Below are positions 8,993 through 16,466 of a DNA stretch of 64,000 nucleotides, piece after piece. The first letter of the stretch is position 1. Each line of letters opens with the position of its first letter. The translations under genes and the position numbers were made by a program. Below the pieces are notes generated by a model. That model did not search any database. It worked only from the letters and a program-made list of their open reading frames with translations, and had not been told where the DNA came from. The stretch is from Acidimicrobiales bacterium (lineage in GTDB: Bacteria; Actinomycetota; Acidimicrobiia; Acidimicrobiales; VFJN01): assembly GCA_035697145.1 (NCBI GenBank), contig DASSDL010000166.1, positions 10,009-74,008 of the forward strand, read 5' to 3'.

Positions 8993-10183
8993 TTATTGCA
9001 CGGGTAGGTCGATGAGCACGGGCTCCCCGATCCCGACGAGGTCGAGAGCGAGCCGCAGCGGTGGACCGGTCGGCACCGATGTGACCTCGACCCGTAGCGG
9101 GTCGCCGGCCGCGTCGAGCGTCAACACCACCGTGGCGTCGCCCGCTGGCCGACCGTCGACGGTCTCGCCGAGCACGCCGGCCGGCAGCGTCGCACGGAGC
9201 ACCCGGTTTCCCCGATCATCGGTGCCGGCATCCTGCCGATCGACGGTCGAGTCGAGCCAGGTCGGCAGCAGAGCAACACCCTTGCCGGCGCGCTGCGCGC
9301 CGCTTTCGTCAGTGATCGGGAGGTAGGTGGCCCCGGGCAACGCCTCTCGCGACGTGGCCAGACGGCCCCACACGACCGGTCCCTCCGTCACCGTCTCGGT
9401 GGCGCGACCGCTGCCGTCGACGGCGATCTCATGGACGCGCCCCGACGACATGACCACCTCACCCTCGACCGTCAGGTCGACCGCCAGCCAGAGTCCGGGG
9501 CGCACGTGACTCACGTCGATCGCGCTGGTCGTTCCGACATATCCGAATGAGCCACCGGACACGAGGCGATCGGCGGCGCGCGCAAATGCTTCCTCGGGTG
9601 AGACGGCGTCGATCGCGGTGGTGGTCGTCTGTTCTGCGGATGTCGCGTCGGTCGCGACATCCGCCTCGCGGGGTTGATCGTCGTCCCGGCCGAGGACCAC
9701 CAACCCCAGGCCCACAGCGGCCACCAGGAGAACTGGGCCGACGACCACCATCCCGGCGCGGCGCCGGCCACGCGGTGGCGACAGGCCGGCGTCCGATTCG
9801 CCCCTCCCCGGCAGAGGGTTCCGCTCGTCGACGCCCTGGCCGTCCTCGACGTCGGCGAGCGGCTCGACCATGGTCGGGGGCGCGTCGGTGGCCTCGGGCA
9901 CGACGTCCTCCGGACGCTCGACCTGGCGAGCGCCGGACAGGTCCTCAGCCCGGTCCGAGGCGCCTGTGGGTTCCTCCTTAGCCAATGGAGTGGGCGTCGG
10001 CGACGCGGTCGCCCGTGGATTGGACAGCGATGCGGCGCGGCGACGAGCGACGAACATCGCAGTCAATCCCGCACCCAACGCGGCAGCCGCGAGCGACGCT
10101 ACGCGTCTGCCCGACCACGACCACGACGATGTGCCCATGAGCCCACAACTCCGAGGAACCGAGTCGCGGGCACCCCTGTTCAC
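8993..10183 (-). CDS. hypothetical membrane-anchored protein (two hydrophobic segments, acidic linker, about 200-aa C-terminal beta-rich domain)
   Basis: A 396-aa ORF with high GC3. Hydrophobic segments are 'VASLAAAALGAGLTAMFVA' and 'GMVVVGPVLLVAAVGLGLVVLG'. No family is recognised. An alternative start is ATG 10138, which has GGAG upstream. Confidence 0.55.
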   Translation of the reverse strand: MNRGARDSVPRSCGLMGTSSWSWSGRRVASLAAAALGAGLTAMFVARRRAASLSNPRATASPTPTPLAKEEPTGASDRAEDLSGARQVERPEDVVPEATDAPPTMVEPLADVEDGQGVDERNPLPGRGESDAGLSPPRGRRRAGMVVVGPVLLVAAVGLGLVVLGRDDDQPREADVATDATSAEQTTTTAIDAVSPEEAFARAADRLVSGGSFGYVGTTSAIDVSHVRPGLWLAVDLTVEGEVVMSSGRVHEIAVDGSGRATETVTEGPVVWGRLATSREALPGATYLPITDESGAQRAGKGVALLPTWLDSTVDRQDAGTDDRGNRVLRATLPAGVLGETVDGRPAGDATVVLTLDAAGDPLRVEVTSVPTGPPLRLALDLVGIGEPVLIDLPVQ

Positions 10184-10328
10184 CCAGCACGCCCGCTCGT
10201 TCGACCGTCCGCGACACTAGTCATCAGGGTCGCCCACCTGCGCCACGACGCCGTGACGGCTTTTGGCGAGGGTCGAGCGGGGGGCCGGTCGCTGCGTGGC
10301 CGCCGGGCCCGCGGGGTAGGAAGGGACG

Positions 10329-11810
10329 GTGACACTCGTCGAACGCGTGCTTCCCCGCCATCCCTTCGAATCCCTGCGCGCCTATCGGGATGCGGGTGGC
10401 GGGCAGGGCATCGAGTCGGCCCGCAGCGTCGAGCCCGACGCAGTGATGGCGGAGGTCGAGGCGTCGGGGCTGCGGGGGCGGGGGGGCGCGGGGTTTCCCA
10501 CGGGCACGAAGTGGCGGACCGTGGCGGCCAACCTGTCGCCCGACCTGCCTACGACCGTGGTCGTCAACGCCGCCGAGGGCGAACCGGGGACGTTCAAGGA
10601 CCGGTCCATCCTGCGGGCCAACCCCTATGCGGTGATCGAGGGCGCGCTCATCGGCGCCCACGCCGTGACCGGCAGTGACGTAGTGGTGGCGCTCAAGGCG
10701 TCGGGCACCGTCGAGGGAGCCCGGGTCGAGGCGGCCATCGCCGAGATGCGCGACGCGGGTCTGCTGGGTGACGTCGACGTCACCGTGGCCACGGGACCCG
10801 ACGAGTACCTGTTCGGCGAGGAGACGGCACTGCTGGAGGTCGTGGACGGGCGGGCGCCGTTGCCTCGCATCGCCCCGCCGTACCGGCGGGGCGTCGTCGA
10901 GCTGGTCGAGCACGACGACGACGTCGACAGCGGCAGCGGCCTGCCCGCGCACGTCGAGATGGCCGGCCCCGGGCACGAGACGGGGGCGCCCCCGGCGCTG
11001 GTCGACAACGTCGAGACCCTGGCCAACGTCCCGGCGATCATCCAGCGGGGAGCCGACTGGTTTCGCACGCACGGCACCGCGCAATCGCCTGGCACCATCG
11101 TCAGCACGGTGACCGGTGACGTGGCCCACCCGGGCGTGGGTGAGATCGCCCTCGGAACCACCGTGCGGGCTGCCATCGACGAGGTCGCCGGCGGCCTGTC
11201 CCGGAGCAAGGTCGTCAGGGCGGTCCTCTGTGGGGTGTCGGCCGGGCCCCTGCCGCCCGAGCTGCTCGACACCGCCATGACCTACGAGGACATGGCCCGG
11301 GTTGGCAGCGGCCTCGGCACCGCCGGCCTCATCGTGGTCTGCGAGGGCACCGACATGACGGCGGTCGCCGCCGGTGCCGCCCGGTTCCTGGCGGTCGAGT
11401 CATGCGGCCAGTGCGTTCCGTGCAAGCGCGACGGCCTGGTGCTGGCCGAGGCGCTGGAGCGCCTGTGCGGTGGCGACGGCGAGGAATCGGACCTCGACAC
11501 GATCACGTCGGTGCTTCGAACCATCGCCGATGGCGCCCGCTGCAACCTGGCGAGCCAGCAGCAGGCCGTGGTCGGCCGAATACTGCACCGCTGGCCCGAC
11601 GAGCCGGCCGCACGTGCCGTCGCCGGTGCGGCGGGCGGGACCGTCGAGCCGCTGTTCATCAGCGAGATCACCGAGCTCGCCGACGGCGAGGTGACCCTCG
11701 ACGTCGGTCGTCGCACCAAGCAGCCCGACTGGACGCACCATCCCGAATGGTCGGGCTCGTACCCCGCCGACCTGCTCGCGGACCACCGCCAGCATCGGGA
11801 ACTGGACTGA
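10329..11810 (+). CDS. NuoF-like NADH dehydrogenase FMN/NADH-binding protein (stand-alone 51-kDa-subunit homologue)
   Basis: GTG start with GGAAGGGA upstream. It has 'GLRGRGGAGFPTGTKW' (FMN/NADH site), 'VVNAAEGEPGTFKDR', and the 4Fe-4S motif 'ESCGQCVPCKRDG...ARCN'. No other nuo genes are nearby. Confidence 0.8.
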   Translation: MTLVERVLPRHPFESLRAYRDAGGGQGIESARSVEPDAVMAEVEASGLRGRGGAGFPTGTKWRTVAANLSPDLPTTVVVNAAEGEPGTFKDRSILRANPYAVIEGALIGAHAVTGSDVVVALKASGTVEGARVEAAIAEMRDAGLLGDVDVTVATGPDEYLFGEETALLEVVDGRAPLPRIAPPYRRGVVELVEHDDDVDSGSGLPAHVEMAGPGHETGAPPALVDNVETLANVPAIIQRGADWFRTHGTAQSPGTIVSTVTGDVAHPGVGEIALGTTVRAAIDEVAGGLSRSKVVRAVLCGVSAGPLPPELLDTAMTYEDMARVGSGLGTAGLIVVCEGTDMTAVAAGAARFLAVESCGQCVPCKRDGLVLAEALERLCGGDGEESDLDTITSVLRTIADGARCNLASQQQAVVGRILHRWPDEPAARAVAGAAGGTVEPLFISEITELADGEVTLDVGRRTKQPDWTHHPEWSGSYPADLLADHRQHRELD

Positions 11811-11821
11811 GAGGACGGCCG

Positions 11822-12121
11822 TCAGGGGGTCTTCGAGGCCAGGACGTCGGCGGGATTGATCTCCGGCGGTGAGGCGAGCAGGCGGTCGGCGTTGGCCATC
11901 AGCGCGGCGGCGATCGGGCCCTCCAGGTGCGCCTGGCGCTCGGCCTGGCCCGGGAAGGCATCGACGATCCAGAACGTCGCCGGATCGGTTCGCAGGGCGA
12001 ACCACACCGGGGTGCCCTCCTCGGCGTTCGCCAGCTCGACGGCACCCGTGAGGAACTCGGCGACCTCGTCCTGGGTCTCGGGCTTGGCGGTCAGCTTGAC
12101 GACGAGTGCAACGGTTGTCAT
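11822..12121 (-). CDS. antibiotic-biosynthesis-monooxygenase (ABM) domain protein
   Basis: 99 aa. 'VALVVKLTAKPETQDEVAEFLTGAVELANAEEGTPVWFALR...FWIVDAFPGQAERQAHL' fits the ferredoxin-like ABM/dimeric alpha-beta barrel pattern. Confidence 0.7.
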   Translation of the reverse strand: MTTVALVVKLTAKPETQDEVAEFLTGAVELANAEEGTPVWFALRTDPATFWIVDAFPGQAERQAHLEGPIAAALMANADRLLASPPEINPADVLASKTP

Positions 12122-12163
12122 GGCGACGAACCTACGCCTGGCCGCCGCTCGGGGCCATCAGCC

Positions 12164-13027
12164 TCACCGCAGCTCGTCGATGAGCCCCGCCAGGTGGTCG
12201 ATGAGGGTCAGCCTGGCGGCGGGGCCGTCCCCAGGCGTCGGGGCGGCACCGACGACGACGCGCCGCACGCCGAGGTCGCGGTAGCGACGCAGCGCGTCGG
12301 GGGACGGATCGCCGAGTGCCACGATCGTTATCGGGACGTCGGGACGGCCGGCCGCCGTCGCGATCTCGCGGAACCGCCTGACCTTCTTGGCGACATCGCC
12401 CAAGGCGATGTCCACGGGCATCCACGCGTCGGCCCAAGCGACGGCGTGGGTGGTGCCGAGCTTGCGGCCCGTGCCGCAGAGGATCGGCGGGTGCGGCCGC
12501 TGCAGCGGCTTCGGGTACGACCACACCGGATCGAAGTCGTAGAACCGGCCGTGGAACTCGGACTCGTCGTCGGCCCAGAGGACCCGGAGGGCACCGACGC
12601 ACTCGGCGAGGGCCCGGTAGCGCTGCGACCAGGGGATGTCGGGGCGATGGTTGGCGAGCTCCTCCTCGTTCCAACCGACGCCGACACCCAGCTGGAGCCG
12701 GCCGGTCGAGAGCCGGTCGAGCGTGGCCACCGACTTGGCGAAGTCGAAGAGGTCATGCTCCAGCGGGAGCGCCACCCCGATGCCGAGCAGCAACCGCTCG
12801 GTGGCGCAGGCGGCGGCGGTCAAGCTGACGAAGGGGTCCATCATCCGGAGGTATTGCGGCGGCAGGTCACCGCCCGCTGGATAGGGGGTCTTGCGCGACG
12901 TGGGGATGTGGGGGTGCTCGCCGACCCAGAACGACTCGAAGCCGCGCTCCTCGAGCCAACCGGCGAGCACGTCGGGAGCCGGATCCTCCGGTGTGTTCAT
13001 CGACGAGAACCCGAGCTCCACGGTCAC
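12164..13027 (-). CDS. LLM-class (luciferase-like) F420-dependent oxidoreductase
   Basis: Lies inside ORF 12164..13339. GTG 13027 is preceded by GGAAGAAG. 'VELGFSSMNTPE...LEERGFESFWVGEHPHIP' and 'RLQLGVGVGWNEEE' are typical of LLM proteins. Confidence 0.8.
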   Translation of the reverse strand: MTVELGFSSMNTPEDPAPDVLAGWLEERGFESFWVGEHPHIPTSRKTPYPAGGDLPPQYLRMMDPFVSLTAAACATERLLLGIGVALPLEHDLFDFAKSVATLDRLSTGRLQLGVGVGWNEEELANHRPDIPWSQRYRALAECVGALRVLWADDESEFHGRFYDFDPVWSYPKPLQRPHPPILCGTGRKLGTTHAVAWADAWMPVDIALGDVAKKVRRFREIATAAGRPDVPITIVALGDPSPDALRRYRDLGVRRVVVGAAPTPGDGPAARLTLIDHLAGLIDELR

Positions 13028-13058
13028 CTTCTTCCGTGCTCGACAGGCCCGTGGCCGA

Positions 13059-14051
13059 TCATTGCGTCGGGTCGACGAGGACCTTGCCGGCGGATTGGCG
13101 GTCCGCCACCCTACGCAGCGCGCCGGCGACGTCGGCCAGCGGGTACACGGCGTCGATGTGGGGAGCGACGCGCCCGGACGCGAGGAGATCGAGCAGCTCG
13201 GCCCGGTCGCGTTCCGCGAGCTCCGGAGCGTGCAGGCCAAACGTCCGGATCTCGAAACCCTTGACGATCGCGCCCTTGAGCAGCACGAGGTTGAGCGGGA
13301 TCCTCGGGATCTCGCCGGATGCGAACCCGACCGTGACAAAGCGCCCGCCCCAGCGGATCGAGCGGAGCGCCCGTTCGGCCGCCGGACCGCCGACGGGGTC
13401 GATCACGACGTCGGCACCGGCGGGAACGATCGCCCGAACGGCATCCCGAAGGTCGTCGGCGACGTAGTTCACCGTGTGCTCGGCGCCGCGCTCGTGGCAC
13501 AGCGCCAGCTTGTCCGCGGTCGATGCCGCCGCGATCACCCGGCCACCGAGCACCTGCGCCAGATCCACGGCGGCGACTCCGACACCGCCGGCGGCTCCGA
13601 GCACCACCACCCAGTTGCCCGGTTGCACCTCGGCTATCGAGCGCAGCGCGTGATAGGCGGTTGCATAGGTGACCCAGAACCCGGCCGCGGCGGTGAGGGC
13701 GATCCCCGGTGGGATCGCCGTGAGACCGCTGGCAGGCATCACCACGTACTCGGCGAAGGCGCCCACCATGGTGGCGCCGAACACCATGTCTCCCGGCGCC
13801 GCGGTGTCGACGCCGGGGCCGAGGGCCACGACCTCGCCTGCGACCTCACTGCCAGGTACGAACGGCGTCGGCATCGAGACCTGGTACCCGTCGGCGACGA
13901 TGAGGACGTCCGGGAAGTTGACCGCCGCGGCACCGACCCGCACGAGCACCTCCCCCGGACCGGGCTCGGGTCGGGGAACGGACTCGACCACGAGCGCTTC
14001 GCGCGGGCCATGCTCGCGACATACCGCCGCCCACATGGTCGCCTCGGTCAC
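13059..14051 (-). CDS. NADPH:quinone oxidoreductase / zinc-type alcohol dehydrogenase family (MDR)
   Basis: 330 aa with 'GEVLVRVGAAAVNFPDVL', 'PFVPGSEVAGEVVALGPGV' and the Rossmann motif 'VVVLGAAGGVGVAAV'. Confidence 0.85.
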   Translation of the reverse strand: MTEATMWAAVCREHGPREALVVESVPRPEPGPGEVLVRVGAAAVNFPDVLIVADGYQVSMPTPFVPGSEVAGEVVALGPGVDTAAPGDMVFGATMVGAFAEYVVMPASGLTAIPPGIALTAAAGFWVTYATAYHALRSIAEVQPGNWVVVLGAAGGVGVAAVDLAQVLGGRVIAAASTADKLALCHERGAEHTVNYVADDLRDAVRAIVPAGADVVIDPVGGPAAERALRSIRWGGRFVTVGFASGEIPRIPLNLVLLKGAIVKGFEIRTFGLHAPELAERDRAELLDLLASGRVAPHIDAVYPLADVAGALRRVADRQSAGKVLVDPTQ

Positions 14052-14095
14052 GTGTAGTCCGTGCGGTCCATCGCTGCGCCCAATGGGCCCCCCTG

Positions 14096-14465
14096 ACTGC
14101 CTCGTCGACCGCCGCCGAGAATAGCGTTCTCCAGGATCAGAACGAAGCTTTGCTCACGCAAGAGGAATACATCGGGGCGCTGCCAGCCGTCGCCATCGTC
14201 CCGTTCTTCTTCGCCGGCTCGTTCTTCCCGATCAGCGCCCTGCCCCGCCGGGCTCACCGTCGTCGGCAAGCTGCTGCCCATCACTCACGTGCTCGCCCTG
14301 GTGCGCTACGGCCTGGTCGATCGCGACGGCAGCGGCCTCCACGACATCTGGGGCATGAGCAACACCACCGCCATGGCGGCGCTCAGCCTCGGCGTGGTCG
14401 CGCTCTTCGCCGTGGCGCTCACGGCGACGGCAATGCGGACCTTCCGGCGCACCGCCGTCCGCTGA
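14096..14465 (+). pseudogene. remnant of an ABC-2-type exporter permease (C-terminal third, frameshifted)
   Basis: There is no start codon. The frame at 14096-14245 reads '...QEEYIGALPAVAIVPFFFAGSFFPISALP'. The +1 frame at 14247-14465 continues 'AGLTVVGKLLPITHVLALVRYGL...TAMRTFRRTAVR*'. An extra C in a C4 run near 14243-14246 breaks the frame. The N-terminal half and an ATPase partner are absent (TGA at 14093; the neighbouring gene starts at 14051). Confidence 0.7.
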
Positions 14466-14508
14466 GTCTCGGCCGGGTGGGTGCGCCGGTGAGGCGCAGT
14501 CCGCCGAG

Positions 14509-14691
14509 CTACCTGTAATCCGTCCGGGAGCCTGCCGCCCCTATGAGGCTCGAGACGAGTATGCCGAGTGGCAACGCGCCCCAGTACGACACGTTGGTCC
14601 CGATGTTCCCGAGGAACAGCATGAGCAGCCACGTCGCCGGGAACGTGGCGACGAGAAGCAGGACCAAGCCGACGAACAGCGCAGCGATCAT
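14509..14691 (-). CDS. small two-helix membrane protein (60 aa)
   Basis: The ATG is preceded by AGGAGG (rc of 14698-14703). GC3 is high. It has two hydrophobic helices, 'IAALFVGLVLLLVATFPATWLLMLFLG' and 'ALPLGILVSSLIGAAG'. Confidence 0.6.
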   Translation of the reverse strand: MIAALFVGLVLLLVATFPATWLLMLFLGNIGTNVSYWGALPLGILVSSLIGAAGSRTDYR

Positions 14692-14735
14692 CTCCGACCT
14701 CCTACAGATGGTGCACGAGGCATAGCGGATCCAGC

Positions 14736-14762
14736 GCGCCAGGTGGTGGATCCACCTGGCGC
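14736..14762. promoter_or_regulatory. perfect 11-bp inverted repeat (GCGCCAGGTGG-n5-CCACCTGGCGC) in a divergent intergenic region
   Basis: Read directly: 14736-14746 is the reverse complement of 14752-14762, with loop TGGAT. It lies between the starts at 14691 (-) and 14807 (+). It may be a candidate operator or a 5'-UTR hairpin. Confidence 0.4.
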
Positions 14763-14806
14763 CGAGCCTGTCGTCGTGGGGACCGCATCCGTGCCATGGT
14801 CTCGGT

Positions 14807-15253
14807 GTGGACTCCCGGGCGCGGGTCGTCGGTCGTCGGCTGTTGGTGGCGCTGGTCGTGATCGTGCAGTTGGGGCTGGTGGCGCGCGGCTACTGGTCCG
14901 CGCACAAGGAGTTCGCGTTCCAGATGTTCCCCGAGTCGAGCACCTGGCAGGCCGAGATCGTCAGGGTGACGACCGACGGAGCCCGAGTACCCGTCAACCA
15001 ACCCTGGGCCGGGTACCGGTGGGACGAGTTGGTCACGGGGCGCGGGCTGGACAACCCGCAGCTCCGCCACCATGCGGACGCCGGGCTCGACAATCAGCTG
15101 GCCTTCCTGGACGCTGCCCTCGACTACGTGGCGGACAACACGCCTCGTGACGACGAGACCCGCTATTTCGAGGCGACGGTCACGACCTGGCACAACACCG
15201 ACGGGCGCGAGGTGACGGTGCTCCGCAGCGACGACCGGCCGGGCGCGACGTGA
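14807..15253 (+). CDS. single-pass membrane protein, first gene of the HTTM operon (unknown family)
   Basis: GTG start. The N-in anchor is 'RRLLVALVVIVQLGLVARGYW', followed by a soluble part of about 115 aa ('HKEFAFQMFPESSTWQAEIVRV...'). GC3 is high. The stop overlaps the next start (GTGA at 15250-15253). Confidence 0.65.
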   Translation: MDSRARVVGRRLLVALVVIVQLGLVARGYWSAHKEFAFQMFPESSTWQAEIVRVTTDGARVPVNQPWAGYRWDELVTGRGLDNPQLRHHADAGLDNQLAFLDAALDYVADNTPRDDETRYFEATVTTWHNTDGREVTVLRSDDRPGAT

Positions 15254-16464
15254 CCGCGACGGCCACGACCGCCCCCGACCGACCAGCGAGCCTGCTCGAC
15301 GCCCTCGACGGCCTGCTCGGGCGGCGGGTCAGCATGCGGTCGCTGGCGCTGCTGCGAGCTCTGATCGGGCCGGTGGCGCTCCTGCACCTGCGCCCGTTCG
15401 TCGTCGATGCGATGAACGGCAGGATCTACCGCGACGCGTTTTACGAGCCTTACGCGTCGTGGTACCCGGAGCCTCCCCGTGCCGTATACGGCGCCATGCT
15501 GGCCGTCGGCGTCGTCGCGGCGGTGGCGATGTCGGTGGGGTTCTGCACCCGGCTGGCGACGGGCGCGACCTTCGGCATCATCGCCTACAACCTGTTCCTG
15601 TCGACCACACATGTCCACAGCAACCGGGCCTATCTGGTGATCGTGCTGGCGGTGCTGACCGTGGCGCCATGCGGACGCGAGCTCTCCGCCGATGCCTGGA
15701 TCCGGGCGCGGCGGGGGCGTCCTCCGCTCGACCCGCGCGCTCCGGCGTGGCCGCTGTGGCTGCTGAGGTTCGAGGCCGCCGTGGTCTACGGGGCCTCGGG
15801 TCTGAGCAAGCTCATCGACCCCGACTGGTTCGGCGGAACTGTCACGTGGCACCGGATCGTGCAGGTGCGTGACCGCTTGGACGCCTCGCCCCTCCCCGGG
15901 TGGGCCGTCTCGCTGCTCGCCGACCGGTCGTTCCACACCGTCGCGGCCAAGCTGATCGTGATCACCGAGCTGTTCATCGCCATCGGGCTGTGGTGGCGGG
16001 CCACCCGCTACGCGGCGGTGTGGGTGGCGGTGTGCTTCCACGTCGCGATCGAGGTCTCGGTTTCGGTCCAGGTCTTCTCGTACCTGGCGATCGCAGCCCT
16101 CGTCATCTGGGCCGTGCCGTCGACCCGCGATCGGGTGGTCGTGATCGATCCGGGGAACCGAATGCACCGGCGCCTGGTACCCGTTGTCAGCGCCCTCGAC
16201 TGGCTGGCCCGTTTTCGCCTGGTCGACGGCGTCACCGGCGCGCCCGTGACGCTCACCGACCGCGATGGCACCGTGTCGAGGGGCACACCCGCGGTCGCCC
16301 GGGTGCTGAGCCGACTGCCGCTGACGGCCTGGTTCGCGCTGCCGACGTTGTTGCTACCCGCCGTTCGCCGCGCCCGTCGATCCCCGATCCCGGACCTGGT
16401 CGGCGACGCAGGCGACGACAACCGCGTCGATCGGCCCAACCTCGCCGCCAGCGGGCCACACTGA
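15250..16464 (+). CDS. HTTM-domain (vitamin K-dependent gamma-carboxylase / SdpB-like) membrane protein with a DCC/DUF393-like C-terminal tail
   Basis: 404 aa and polytopic. 'SLALLRALIGPVALLHL', 'FLSTTHVHSNRAYLVIVL' and 'VVYGASGLSKLIDPDWFGG' fit the HTTM pattern. The tail 'VVVIDPGNRMHRRLVPVVSALDWLARFRLVD...SRGTPAVARVLSRLP' resembles DUF393 but has no Cys. Confidence 0.75.
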   Translation: MTATATTAPDRPASLLDALDGLLGRRVSMRSLALLRALIGPVALLHLRPFVVDAMNGRIYRDAFYEPYASWYPEPPRAVYGAMLAVGVVAAVAMSVGFCTRLATGATFGIIAYNLFLSTTHVHSNRAYLVIVLAVLTVAPCGRELSADAWIRARRGRPPLDPRAPAWPLWLLRFEAAVVYGASGLSKLIDPDWFGGTVTWHRIVQVRDRLDASPLPGWAVSLLADRSFHTVAAKLIVITELFIAIGLWWRATRYAAVWVAVCFHVAIEVSVSVQVFSYLAIAALVIWAVPSTRDRVVVIDPGNRMHRRLVPVVSALDWLARFRLVDGVTGAPVTLTDRDGTVSRGTPAVARVLSRLPLTAWFALPTLLLPAVRRARRSPIPDLVGDAGDDNRVDRPNLAASGPH

Positions 16465-16466
16465 CC

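Noticed and set aside
14807-16464. Direct annotation of the first two operon genes as sdpA/sdpB with a missing sdpC toxin.
   Set aside because: Only the gene order (small anchored protein followed by an HTTM protein) is analogous. I see no sequence resemblance of ORF1 to what I recall of SdpA. No SdpC- or SdpI-like gene is present.
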